Notes: generated by a model not told the origin, from the sequence alone. A stretch of 40,135 nucleotides of DNA from Chthoniobacteraceae bacterium (GCA_031409655.1 JANNXQ010000069.1:1-40135), one strand, 5' to 3'; counted from the first letter of the stretch, positions 26,730-36,623 are shown. Numbers and translations: made by a program.

Positions 26730-28487
26730 TCATTTTCCGGCGTCTTTCGGAGCTGCTCCGGACTGGCGCACGAGTCGGGCACTGGCCTTGGTGACCAATT
26801 CGGATTCCTCGCGCAGGAGCCGTCCTTTCTGGGCGATCTCCAGATACTGCGCGGCCTCGGCGGGGGTGCTGCTATCGACGAGCAGGATGCCGAAATAGCC
26901 CGCGTAGGCAGGGATGGTCAGGAGCTTTTGGTCGAGACCGCGCATGATCTTCACGCCCTCCTCGGTGCGACCGAGGAGGTGCAGGGCGTAGGCGTAGGTC
27001 GCGGCGACGCCGGTATTTTCCGGGTGCTTCACGTAAGCCTCGCGCGCCAGGGTTTGGGCGCGATCCATGTTGGTGTTCAGAAGGAGGGAAAGGGCAGCCA
27101 CGTTGTTCTGCGCGACGAAGTCTTTAGGATTCAACTCCAGCATCCGCGTCGCGACGTTCAGGAGGCCGCGGGCGTTCCCATCTTCCGCATACTCGCGCTG
27201 GAGACCGGCGAGAGCCCACGTCTGGCCGCTTTTGCTGCGGGCGACCTGCCAGTAAACATCGACCACTTCGCTCTTCCAGTTGGACTTGGCGGCAAACTCC
27301 GAGAGGCGCTCGAGGGCTTCGGGCCTCCCGCTCGCGGACTTCACGGCCGCGTTCCATTGGTTGCGCGACGCGAGGATGTCGCCTTGCTCCCGGAGCACGC
27401 GGGCGTGGAGCGCGAGGCGCATGAAGTCGAAGTACTCCCAGTTCCCCTCCGCCACGAGCGGTTTGAGATGCTCCCAGTCCTTCAGATTGATGTAGGATTC
27501 CGCGATCCCAGCCGGCACGGGATTGCGAAAGCGCATCGCCTCCGGCAGTCGCTTGCTCCAGTCCACGGCGATCAGCGCCATGGTGTTTCGGTTCAGCCAA
27601 TTGAGCACGGTGGCGATGTTCTCCGGACTGGTGGAGGCCTGCTCCTGCACGTCCATGAGGAAGGAGTGAAGTTCCGGCCGCTCAAACTTCCGCAGCAGAT
27701 CGAGGAGGAGCATGCGGTCTTCAAAGGGGGCATCGGCGATGGCCTGGAGATCCGCGGCGAGCAGGAAGCCTTTCTTCCATTCCTTGTTTCGGAAGGCGTC
27801 GGTGATGAGGGTGCGGTGCGCCTGGCGGCGAAACGCGGGCTGATCTTTCAAGGCCTCGATCGCGGTCCGGGCGTCGTTGCGCACCGCTTCCTCCGGCGAC
27901 TCGAGACGCGCCGAGGAGAGGCCAAATTGATACTTCGCATTGCCCGGCTCGATCGTCACGGCTTCGGCAAAATGCTTCTCGGCTTCGGCGGGTAGGTTGC
28001 GCGCCTGCGCGACCCGCGCGGCGAGTTCGTGGTAGGCGGCCGTCTTTTTCCCGGCCGCGTCCACGTTGGTGAGCGCTTCTTCCGCCATGGACAAGCTCTT
28101 GAAGCGCAGGCTCGATTCCGCCCACTTGAGGTGGTTTTCAAAGGCTGCGGGCTCCAGCTCGGCGACCGTGCGATGCCAGAAAAGCGCCTGCGGCGAGCCC
28201 ACCGTCTCGGCCAGCTCGGCCATCATCCGATTCACGGTGACGTCGCGCGGATTGACCTGCAGCGCCCACTGCACCGCGATCATCGCCTGGCCCCAGTCCT
28301 TCTTGTCCATGAACGTGCGCGCCCGCGCGACGATCCGCTCCTTGCGCACCTGCTGGAAGACCCGCCAGCCGATGGACGCGACCACCCCGAGGACGACGAT
28401 GGCGGCGGCGATGAGCACCCAGCGGAGCAAGGTCCGCGGCTGAGGTTTCGTTTCCGGTGGGGTGGGTTTGTCGGTGGGCGCGGCCAT
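26730..28487 (-). CDS. Membrane-anchored tetratricopeptide-repeat protein
   Basis: N-terminal TM helix followed by helical repeats (ALQVNPRD, AVTIEPGNA, LELNPKDFVAQNNVA, ATYAYAL). Start placed at MAAPTD. Confidence 0.8.
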   Translation of the reverse strand: MAAPTDKPTPPETKPQPRTLLRWVLIAAAIVVLGVVASIGWRVFQQVRKERIVARARTFMDKKDWGQAMIAVQWALQVNPRDVTVNRMMAELAETVGSPQALFWHRTVAELEPAAFENHLKWAESSLRFKSLSMAEEALTNVDAAGKKTAAYHELAARVAQARNLPAEAEKHFAEAVTIEPGNAKYQFGLSSARLESPEEAVRNDARTAIEALKDQPAFRRQAHRTLITDAFRNKEWKKGFLLAADLQAIADAPFEDRMLLLDLLRKFERPELHSFLMDVQEQASTSPENIATVLNWLNRNTMALIAVDWSKRLPEAMRFRNPVPAGIAESYINLKDWEHLKPLVAEGNWEYFDFMRLALHARVLREQGDILASRNQWNAAVKSASGRPEALERLSEFAAKSNWKSEVVDVYWQVARSKSGQTWALAGLQREYAEDGNARGLLNVATRMLELNPKDFVAQNNVAALSLLLNTNMDRAQTLAREAYVKHPENTGVAATYAYALHLLGRTEEGVKIMRGLDQKLLTIPAYAGYFGILLVDSSTPAEAAQYLEIAQKGRLLREESELVTKASARLVRQSGAAPKDAGK

Positions 28488-28648
28488 GCTTTCTCGAATT
28501 CTGATCCCTGGGTTTTTTCCCCTTTCTGGAGGGGCGGCGAGCTTGCACGTCCGGTGGGTGGAAATCAAACGCTATCCGCTCCCGGGCGTCGGCCTTGCAA
28601 TTCGCGCCGCGCTGCTCCAAAGACCACCGCGCCCCGCGTCCCCGCCGC

Positions 28649-29593
28649 ATGGATCCCACGCCCGCCTCCGACTTCCACCAGCTCAGCCACCGCGCGCACG
28701 AGCAGGTCTATGATTCCGATCATCAAGACCGGCTGGCGAAGACCTGGACGAAGGCGGACACCGTCGATGGCTGGCGGCACGCGCGGATGTATCGCTGCCT
28801 GGACCCGCTGCTCACCGTCTGTCGCGGTGCGCACTGGGTGACGCTCGGTGACGGTCGCTATGGCACCGATGCGCACTACCTCGGCGAGCATGGTGCGGAA
28901 GCCGTGGCCACGGACATTTCGGACACGATGCTGAAGCGGGCGAAAGAGGAGGGCTTCATCCGCGACTACCGCAAGGAGAACGCCGAGCACCTTTCCTTCG
29001 CCGATGGCTCGTTCGATTTTGCGCTCTGCAAGGAGGCGTATCATCACTTTCCCCGCCCGATGCTGGCGCTTTACGAGATGTTGCGCGTGGCGCGGCGGGG
29101 CGTGGTGCTGATCGAGCCAGATGAATCACCGACGCTCATGGGCTGGAAGTACATCGTGAAGATGATGGTGAAAGAGGCGCTGATCCGCCTGGGGTTTGGC
29201 GGGCGTTTCGGCGATCGCTCGACGAACATCATCGATTGCGGCGTGAACTGGTACGAAGAGGTGGGAAACTTCGGCTTCTGCATTTCGCGGCGGGAAATCG
29301 AGCGTGTGGCCGTGGGGCTGAATCTGCGCCACGTCGCCTTTCTCGGGATCAATGATGTGTATGAGCCCGGCGTCGAGGACGCGAAGGCCACGGAGGACTC
29401 GGAACTTTTCCGCAAGGTCCGCGACCAAATCGCCGAGATGGATCGGCAGTGTCAGCGCGGCTTGAATCAGGCGCGCCCGAAGCTGCTCGTCGCGATGATT
29501 TTCAAAAACGAACTCCCCGCCGATCTCCGCGCGGCGCTCGTCGCCGCCGGCTACGAAGTGCGCGACCTTCCGCGCAATCCGTATCTCGGCTGA
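28649..29593 (+). CDS. Class I SAM-dependent methyltransferase
   Basis: TLGDGRYG, ATDIS..ML, ENAEHLSFADGSFD, HHFPRP..ALYEMLRV. Confidence 0.88.
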   Translation: MDPTPASDFHQLSHRAHEQVYDSDHQDRLAKTWTKADTVDGWRHARMYRCLDPLLTVCRGAHWVTLGDGRYGTDAHYLGEHGAEAVATDISDTMLKRAKEEGFIRDYRKENAEHLSFADGSFDFALCKEAYHHFPRPMLALYEMLRVARRGVVLIEPDESPTLMGWKYIVKMMVKEALIRLGFGGRFGDRSTNIIDCGVNWYEEVGNFGFCISRREIERVAVGLNLRHVAFLGINDVYEPGVEDAKATEDSELFRKVRDQIAEMDRQCQRGLNQARPKLLVAMIFKNELPADLRAALVAAGYEVRDLPRNPYLG

Positions 29594-29607
29594 CACCTTT
29601 CGCACCC

Positions 29608-30720
29608 ATGTCCCACACCCTCGGCCAACTCCTCATGACCGGCGTCCCCGGTCCCGTACTCGACGCGCAGACCGCCGCGATTTTCCGGCGCATCCAGCCC
29701 GGCGCGTTCATCCTTTTCGGCAGAAATATCGAGTCGCCCACGCAGCTCCGGAAGCTCATCGACGACCTCCGCGAGACCTGCGCGATCGAGCCGATCGTGA
29801 CCATCGATCAGGAAGGCGGACGCGTCTCGCGCCTCAAGCTCATCGGCAATGAACCGCCGAACGCGAACCAGCTCCGCGACTGCGGTGACGTCGCGCTCAT
29901 CGAGCGGCACGGGCACATCACTGGCCGGCTGCTGCGCATGTTCGGGTTCAATTTGGACCTCTGTCCGGTGCTCGATATTTCCTTCGACGACGAGGCCGAC
30001 AACTCGCTCAAAGGCCGCTGCTACGGCAACGACGTCGGGCAAGTCATCCGCAACGCCGGCGCCTTCAATGACGGCCTCCGCGGCGAAGGCGTGCTGAGCT
30101 GCGGCAAACATTTCCCCGGCTACTCGCGCGCACCGATCGACGCGCACCACGAACTCCCGGTCATCGGCCTTTCCCGCGCCGAACTCGAAACGCACGAGCT
30201 CGCCGTCTTCCGCCACTTTGCCGACAAGATCGACTCCATGATGATCGGCCACGCCTTCTATCCCGCGCTCGACGACAGCGGCGTGCCCTCGTCGCTCTCG
30301 CGGCGCGTGATCACCGATCTGCTCCGCGGCGAGCACGGCTTCCGCGGCCTCGTGATGACCGACGACCTCGACATGGGCGCGATCCTCGAGCCTTACGGCA
30401 AGGACGAGAGCGGCCTCTCGCGCGTCATCGAACTCGCCATCACCGCCGGCAACGACATCGCGATGATCTGCCACCGCGTCGAGATGGTGGAGCGCGCACA
30501 CGGCTTCCTCGAAAATGTCCCGCGTGCCGATCTCGACCGCGCCCTGGCGAGCGTCGCCAGCTTCAAGTCGCGGCTGGTGAAACCCGATGCGTGGGACGAA
30601 GCCGAGTTCCGCCGCCGCGACGCCGAGGTCTGGGATCTGCGCGTCGCCACGCTCGGCGCCGACCGCGCCGCGCAGCGCAGCGCCGAAGACGGCAAGCGCT
30701 CGCCGGTGGAGACGTATTGA
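29608..30720 (+). CDS. nagZ: Beta-N-acetylhexosaminidase, GH3 (NagZ-like)
   Basis: ILFGRNI, IDQEGGRVSR, PVLD, KHFPG....DAH and MTDDLDMGA. Start placed at MSHTLG. Confidence 0.88.
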   Translation: MSHTLGQLLMTGVPGPVLDAQTAAIFRRIQPGAFILFGRNIESPTQLRKLIDDLRETCAIEPIVTIDQEGGRVSRLKLIGNEPPNANQLRDCGDVALIERHGHITGRLLRMFGFNLDLCPVLDISFDDEADNSLKGRCYGNDVGQVIRNAGAFNDGLRGEGVLSCGKHFPGYSRAPIDAHHELPVIGLSRAELETHELAVFRHFADKIDSMMIGHAFYPALDDSGVPSSLSRRVITDLLRGEHGFRGLVMTDDLDMGAILEPYGKDESGLSRVIELAITAGNDIAMICHRVEMVERAHGFLENVPRADLDRALASVASFKSRLVKPDAWDEAEFRRRDAEVWDLRVATLGADRAAQRSAEDGKRSPVETY

Positions 30721-30861
30721 ACCTGGCGTGGAGCGAGAAATCGCAAACGCCCCGCGCGCGTTTTCATCCTTCATCCTTCCCAACTCGCCCCTTGCCGCTG
30801 CGCGCGGCCCGCATGTAGAAAGGCGCTCCCTTTTCCTTCCAACTCCAAACCACCACACGTC

Positions 30862-31857
30862 ATGGGCAAGATCTACAACAACATCGTCGAAACCGTCGGG
30901 CGCACTCCGCTCGTGAAACTCAACCGCATCCCGGCGAGTCTCGGGATCGATCCGAGCACGACCATCGCGATCAAGTGCGAGTTCTTCAATCCGCTCGGTA
31001 GCGTGAAGGACCGCATCGGCATGGCCATGATCGAGGACGCGGAGAAAAGCGGCATCTTGAAAAAGGACACCGTGATTGTGGAGCCGACGAGCGGGAACAC
31101 CGGCATTGCGCTCGCCTTTGTCGCCGCGGCGAAAGGCTACAAGCTCATCCTCACCATGCCCGAGACGATGTCGCTCGAACGCCGCACGCTGCTCGCCATG
31201 CTCGGCGCAAAGCTCGTGCTCACGCCTGGACCTGAAGGAATGAAGGGTGCCATCGCGCGTGCCGAAGAGATCGTGCAAAACACGCCCGGCGCGTGGATGC
31301 CGCAGCAGTTCAACAACCCCGCCAACCCGGAGATTCACAAGAAGACGACGGCGGAGGAAATCTGGGAAGACACGGATGGCAAGGTGGACATCTTCGTCTC
31401 CGCCGTCGGCACCGGCGGGACGATCACCGGCGTCACGGAAGTGATCAAGCCACGCAAGGCAAGCTTCCAGGCCATCGCCGTGGAGCCGGCGGATTCACCG
31501 GTCATCAACCAGACATTGAAAGGCGAGCCCGTGAAACCCGGCCCGCACAAGATCCAGGGCACCGGCGCGGGCTTCGTGCCGAATAATCTCCACCTCAAGG
31601 ACAGCGCCGGAAATCCACAGATCGTCGAGTGCATCAAGGTGACGAACGACGACTCCTTTGCCATGGCCCGCCGCCTCGCGAAAGAGGAAGGCATCCTCGC
31701 CGGCATCAGCTCCGGCGCGAACGTCTGGGCTGCGATCGAAGTCGCGAAGCGCCCGGAGAACAAAGGCAAGACGATCGTGACGATCGCCTGCTCGACCGGT
31801 GAGCGCTACCTCTCCACCGCCCTCGCCGCCGAAGCGAAGGCGGAAGTCGGCGGGTAA
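30862..31857 (+). CDS. cysK: Cysteine synthase A
   Basis: [17 protein letters not shown] (PLP lysine), [34 protein letters not shown] and GERYLST. Confidence 0.96.
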   Translation: MGKIYNNIVETVGRTPLVKLNRIPASLGIDPSTTIAIKCEFFNPLGSVKDRIGMAMIEDAEKSGILKKDTVIVEPTSGNTGIALAFVAAAKGYKLILTMPETMSLERRTLLAMLGAKLVLTPGPEGMKGAIARAEEIVQNTPGAWMPQQFNNPANPEIHKKTTAEEIWEDTDGKVDIFVSAVGTGGTITGVTEVIKPRKASFQAIAVEPADSPVINQTLKGEPVKPGPHKIQGTGAGFVPNNLHLKDSAGNPQIVECIKVTNDDSFAMARRLAKEEGILAGISSGANVWAAIEVAKRPENKGKTIVTIACSTGERYLSTALAAEAKAEVGG

Positions 31858-31867
31858 GATGAGCGGA

Positions 31868-31913
31868 CTGCGGCGGGACGCCGCAGCTACGTAGCAGCGG
31901 CGTCCCGCCGCTG
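31868..31913. repeat. Back-to-back GTAG-type REP pair between convergent genes
   Basis: Minus copy GTAGCTGCGGCGTCCCGCCGCAG (31868-31890) abuts plus copy GTAGCAGCGGCGTCCCGCCGCTG (31891-31913). Confidence 0.85.
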
Positions 31914-31915
31914 AA

Positions 31916-33379
31916 TCAGAGCAGAAACCCTAGCGGCGAGCCGCTGCCGCTTGTGGCGAAGAAGTTGCCGATATTCGGCAGGATCAGCGGCAGACTCGTC
32001 TTCGGCACGCCGAGCCAGATGGCCATCTCGGCGAAGAACTCGTCGCAGCTCGTCGTCGGGATCAAGCGGCCGCGGCCCGTGTCGAGCGGGTTCACTTCGG
32101 CGCCCGACTCCGGATTCAGCGCGAGTCCAGGATACTGGCCGTAGATTTTCCGTCCCACGACTTGTCCGCCGACGACATACTGATTTCCGCCCCAGGCGTG
32201 ATCGGAGCCGCGGCTGTTGCTTGTGAGGGTGCGACCGAAATCTGAGGCGGAGAAAATCGTCACGTTATTCTCGATGCCGAGCGCGACGAGCTGCTGCCAG
32301 AAGGCACCGAGCGCGGCATCGATCTCCGGGAGCATCGCGCCCTGCTGGATGAGCGTCTCGCTGTGGTGATCCCAGCCGCCTCGGTTCACGAAGTAAGTCT
32401 GCCGCACCGCGCCGACCGCCGCACGCCCCATGATCCCGCGGGCGACGAGCTGCAATTGCCGGCCCACCGGCGTGTCCGGGAAGGTGATATTGCCCGGCAA
32501 GGTGCCGCCGGTCGCGGCGGAGTACACGGCGTAGGCGTCGAGCGCGGAGCGGCGCTTCTGCTGCCAGGTTTGCTCGAAGAGATTCGTGTACTGCTGCGCG
32601 AGCTGACTATCGACCGCGGCGCTCGTGGCATTGCGCAGCGTCTGATATTGCACCCAATCCTGCTCGTAGTCCCGCAGCGCCACGGCCCCTCCGCCGGGCG
32701 CGTCGAGCGACGATGGATCGAGCGCGTATTCCGCGCCGGTGAGGCCGGTCTGCCAGACGTTGCTGCCGTCGGTGGAAATATTCATCGGCACGACCTGCCC
32801 GGGATTCACGTCGCGGATGAGGTCCATCACTTTCCCCGCCCAGCCGACGCCCGAGCGGCTGTGCGGCACACTCGTCTGCCATTGCTCGATCTGATCCGAG
32901 TGCGAATACAGCCCAAGCGGCAGGCGCTTGCTCGCCTGCTCGACCTGCGTGCGATTCATCACCGGCTCGATGAGCGTGCCGACATTCGCGACGAAGGCCG
33001 CCTTCCCTTGGGAGAAAAGTGACGCGAGCTGCGGCATTCCGGAGTGGACGCCAAAGGTGCGACCCAGCGTGTTGTCGGGTGTGATCTGGATGAGTTCGTT
33101 CGCCGTCTTCTTCAGCGCGAGATCCGAGCGGCTCGCGGTGTATTCCGCAAAGGAATCCGCCGCCGTCGCCGACGGCCCGCTGTAGGGCGTGAGCATATTG
33201 AAGCTGTCATTGCCCCCGCTTTGGAAAATGCACACCAGCGCCCGATACTCACTCGCGCCGGGCGCCGTAGCCGCCGCGACCGAACCAGCCATGCGGAGAT
33301 TGAGCAAAGTATTGAGCAGCGGAATGCTGGAGACCGCAGCGCAACTGGCCTGACCGAGGAATTGGCGTCGGGTTTTCAT
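31916..33379 (-). CDS. DUF1501 domain protein, Tat-exported
   Basis: TRRQFL twin-arginine signal, YRALVCIF.SGGNDSFN, LYSHSDQ, GGWDHH, SDFGRTL.SN..GSDHAWG. Confidence 0.9.
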   Translation of the reverse strand: MKTRRQFLGQASCAAVSSIPLLNTLLNLRMAGSVAAATAPGASEYRALVCIFQSGGNDSFNMLTPYSGPSATAADSFAEYTASRSDLALKKTANELIQITPDNTLGRTFGVHSGMPQLASLFSQGKAAFVANVGTLIEPVMNRTQVEQASKRLPLGLYSHSDQIEQWQTSVPHSRSGVGWAGKVMDLIRDVNPGQVVPMNISTDGSNVWQTGLTGAEYALDPSSLDAPGGGAVALRDYEQDWVQYQTLRNATSAAVDSQLAQQYTNLFEQTWQQKRRSALDAYAVYSAATGGTLPGNITFPDTPVGRQLQLVARGIMGRAAVGAVRQTYFVNRGGWDHHSETLIQQGAMLPEIDAALGAFWQQLVALGIENNVTIFSASDFGRTLTSNSRGSDHAWGGNQYVVGGQVVGRKIYGQYPGLALNPESGAEVNPLDTGRGRLIPTTSCDEFFAEMAIWLGVPKTSLPLILPNIGNFFATSGSGSPLGFLL

Positions 33380-33429
33380 GGGGAGAAATGCAGGCTGGAA
33401 GGAAGCGGCGCGTGCGGTAAGTTCGGGCC

Positions 33430-33633
33430 ATGTCGGTCGCTGAAATTAAAGACGAAATCCGGCGCATGAGCGCTGAAGAGCGAAAGGAAATTGCGCGCAC
33501 CCTCGCTGAAATCGAGGGCGCTGAAGCTCAGCCTGCGGTGCGAGAGGTGCATCCTTCCGATCCCGATGTGGCCGCAGCTATGGACGCTGTCTTCAACAAA
33601 CACCGCGAGCTGCTCCATCGTCTCGCGCAGTAG
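33430..33633 (+). CDS. Small putative antitoxin
   Basis: 67 aa, directly upstream of a Doc-like gene. The C-terminus AMDAVFNKHRELLHRLA resembles the tails of Doc-neutralising antitoxins. Confidence 0.65.
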   Translation: MSVAEIKDEIRRMSAEERKEIARTLAEIEGAEAQPAVREVHPSDPDVAAAMDAVFNKHRELLHRLAQ

Positions 33634-33645
33634 TCGCTCTCGACA

Positions 33646-34029
33646 GTGCCAGATCCGGTCTTTCTGTCTGTGGAGATGGTGATGACGCTGCACGCGCGAT
33701 CTCTGCGTGAGCATGGCGGCAGCGATGGCGTCCGTGATCCGGCTGGACTCGAGAGCGCGATCGGCCAGCCGCGGAATGACTTCTACTACGGCGGTGCGGA
33801 CATTTTCGGTGTCGCAGCGGCATACGCCTTTCACATCGCGCAGGCGCAGGCCTTCGTGGACGGCAACAAACGCACGGGCATCGCAGCGGCGCTTTTCTGC
33901 CTTCAGATGGCCGGCATCGATACGACGCTGCCGACGAGCGACGCCCTCTATGATGCGATGATCGCCATCGCCAATCGGGAACTCGACAAGCCCGGCCTCG
34001 CGGCGCTTTTTCGGCGCATGTTTGCGTAG
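33646..34029 (+). CDS. Fic/Doc family (death-on-curing) toxin, variant active-site motif
   Basis: H...L..HGG..GVRD..GLESAI..P, AAAYAFHIA, QAFVDGNKRTG. GTG start. Confidence 0.88.
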   Translation: MPDPVFLSVEMVMTLHARSLREHGGSDGVRDPAGLESAIGQPRNDFYYGGADIFGVAAAYAFHIAQAQAFVDGNKRTGIAAALFCLQMAGIDTTLPTSDALYDAMIAIANRELDKPGLAALFRRMFA

Positions 34030-34040
34030 CGGCGAAGCAT

Positions 34041-36623
34041 TCATCGCAGCACGGCGAACTCGGGGCTGGTGACGATGAGATAGATCGCGGCGGTCATCCG
34101 TTCCTTCGGCCAGTCCCAGGTGCTGTTGCGGCCGAGGCGCAGCATCGTCTCGCGGATGATTTGGAAATTGCGCGGACGCAGCGTGCCGCCGGTGAGCACG
34201 AGATCGAGTCGGCGCAGGAGCGCGTCGGGATCGAGTGGATCGACATTCGGATACGGGTCGTTCACCGCGCCGGCGGGCACATTCATCAGCATCTCCTGCG
34301 TGAGGTTCAGGAAGACGCCGCGATTGATCGATGCATAGCCCCAGCGATGCAGCCCGCCGAAGATCGCCCCCTTGAAATAGTTCGGCGCCTTCATGGCGGA
34401 GGTCGCGTTGATGATCTGAAACTCGGGCGCGACGAGCCCGGCCTGTTGCAGCATGCCCGGTGGCGAGTAAGTCGGGAGATACCAATTAAAGACGCTCGGG
34501 CTGTTGAGCGGCTGCTGGACGTGATCGAGGTCGAAGGTGTCGAGCGCGTACCAGCCGTCCTGGCTCGCGGCATTGAACGCCCGTGCGAGATTCACGCACT
34601 TGAGGAAAGGCTCGCGCAACTTGCCATGCGTCGGGTCGCTGAGTTTCGCCGGATCGCGCGCCTCGGGATCGAGCAGGATCGCTTTCACGACCGCCTTCAT
34701 GTCGCCGCGCACGCCGGAGCCGTTGTTGGCGAAAGCTAAGGAGACCCGTCCGATGTAGGCGGGCACAGGATTCGAGGTCACGAGACGCTGGATGAGCAGC
34801 CGCGCCACGAACGGACCGACGTTCGGGTGATGGAAGAGATTGTCGATCGCCGCATTCACGTCGGCCATCGTGGCAGTGCCGGTATTGCCGGGGCTGGGCG
34901 TGCGCAGTGGCGTCGTCGCGCCGAGCAGCAGCGTCTTCGGATCGCAGTCGTGCTCTTCATCCCACGCCTTCATCGGCGTGGTGAAGTCGCGCGGATAGGT
35001 GGCAAACATCGCGTTCGTTCCGCCGAAGGCGAGCCCCGTGAAGACGCGCGCAAACTCGGTGATGTTTGCATTCGTGTAAGTCGGGATCGGCTGGCCCTGG
35101 AGATCGAGCTGGCGCGTGCCATCGGAGTTCAGCATCCACAGCCCGATCGAGAAGAGTTGCATCACTTCGCGCGCGTAATTTTCGTCGGGGAAGGTGTGCG
35201 CGATCGGATCGGCTTTGCGGTTCGCGAGATGGCTCAGGTACATCCCCATGCACGGATGCAGCGAGACCTGGAGCAGCAGGTCGCGATAGTTGCCGAGCGC
35301 GTGCGTGAGCAGCGTGTCGTAGTAGTGCGCCATGCCCTCGGAGCTGGCGGCGATGTCCTCCATGCGATCCGAGATCACGAAGATCTGGCTCAGCGCCCAG
35401 CCCACGCGCTGCCGCAGCGGATCGGGAAGCTGCGTCGCCCCGGAGTCAGGCCGCAGCTTGGGCAGGCCCATCGCGCGGCCCCACCAGGAGTACTGCCGGA
35501 GATTCCCGTAGATCTCCGCGCCCGGCGGCTGGGCCTGAGCCCACTGCACAAAGGGCCGCAACGTGCCGACGGACCGCGTGAATTGATCGTCGATCCACCC
35601 CGCATAACCGAGTGCCATCACCTCCTCGACGTTCTCGGGAATCTGATCCGCATCGGCGCTCGCGTCCTGATCCGGTCCAAACGCCCCCTGGATCAAAAAC
35701 CGCGCCGCGGCTTTTGCGGTCGGCAGGCTCGTCGCCGTTTCATTTAAAATGGAAACCGTGGCCGAGTTCTCCGCGCCGACGGTGTAGCCAGTGCCCGCCG
35801 TCGCTGTGAGCACCACGGTCTCCGTCCATTCGCCATCGTTCGCATCCGCGATCGGCGACACTTCCACAAAGACTTCCCGCACGCCGGGCCCGAAGCTCAC
35901 CGTGTTGCCGGTCTGCGCGACGGTGTAGTCAAAGTTACGCGTCGCCGTGCCGCCAAAGGTGACATTCACCGTGAGCGGTTTCAGCCCGCCGGAGCGGCGC
36001 ACGACGAAGAGCGCCGGATCAGGCCAGCGCTCGGAGCAGGTGTCGTCGTAAGTGGAAACGGTGATCGTGTTCGCCGCCGTCAACGCCGCGGTCACGCGGT
36101 CCACATCCTCACTATCCTCGCGATCGGAATGCGACCGCGTCGAATCAAAGCCGATCGCGTATTCTTCCCAATCCGCGACGCCATCGCCGTCCAGATCGCG
36201 ATCGCCGACGTCGATGCGGAAAAACGCGCGCGGTGCTCCAGCCGGATTGATCGCAAGTTGCAGCGTGCCGCCGCTGCCGATGAGATCCGCCGACGCAGGC
36301 GTCCATGAGCCCGTCGCGAGATCCCCGCGCTGCTTCGGCGCATACTTTTTCCCCGCGAGCCCCGGCCAAGACGCGACAAACGTCCCGCCCGCCGCCGGTT
36401 GCAGCAGCAGGCTCGGATGCGAGTTGGCATCGAGCGGATTCGTCCCCGCCGCGCTCTCCTGCGCATTCGTCCAGCCGTCCTTGTCCGCATCGCCCGCCGC
36501 CGCCAATCCGCTTACACCGAACACCATCTCCCAAACATCACTTTGTCCGTTTCCATTTTGATCGATGGCATGGGCAGACGACGCGAGGGCAAGAAGCACG
36601 AGGAGATGTCGGGGGGAAATCAT
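34041..36623 (-). CDS. DUF1800 domain protein with N-terminal Ca-binding-like and Calx-beta-like domains
   Basis: AARFL.Q.AFGP, DPLRQRV.WALSQIFVIS, P.MG.YL, PDENYAREVMQLFSIGL, HPNVGPF, LVTSNP, GKLREP, SPSVFN. Start placed at MISPRH. Confidence 0.9.
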   Translation of the reverse strand: MISPRHLLVLLALASSAHAIDQNGNGQSDVWEMVFGVSGLAAAGDADKDGWTNAQESAAGTNPLDANSHPSLLLQPAAGGTFVASWPGLAGKKYAPKQRGDLATGSWTPASADLIGSGGTLQLAINPAGAPRAFFRIDVGDRDLDGDGVADWEEYAIGFDSTRSHSDREDSEDVDRVTAALTAANTITVSTYDDTCSERWPDPALFVVRRSGGLKPLTVNVTFGGTATRNFDYTVAQTGNTVSFGPGVREVFVEVSPIADANDGEWTETVVLTATAGTGYTVGAENSATVSILNETATSLPTAKAAARFLIQGAFGPDQDASADADQIPENVEEVMALGYAGWIDDQFTRSVGTLRPFVQWAQAQPPGAEIYGNLRQYSWWGRAMGLPKLRPDSGATQLPDPLRQRVGWALSQIFVISDRMEDIAASSEGMAHYYDTLLTHALGNYRDLLLQVSLHPCMGMYLSHLANRKADPIAHTFPDENYAREVMQLFSIGLWMLNSDGTRQLDLQGQPIPTYTNANITEFARVFTGLAFGGTNAMFATYPRDFTTPMKAWDEEHDCDPKTLLLGATTPLRTPSPGNTGTATMADVNAAIDNLFHHPNVGPFVARLLIQRLVTSNPVPAYIGRVSLAFANNGSGVRGDMKAVVKAILLDPEARDPAKLSDPTHGKLREPFLKCVNLARAFNAASQDGWYALDTFDLDHVQQPLNSPSVFNWYLPTYSPPGMLQQAGLVAPEFQIINATSAMKAPNYFKGAIFGGLHRWGYASINRGVFLNLTQEMLMNVPAGAVNDPYPNVDPLDPDALLRRLDLVLTGGTLRPRNFQIIRETMLRLGRNSTWDWPKERMTAAIYLIVTSPEFAVLR

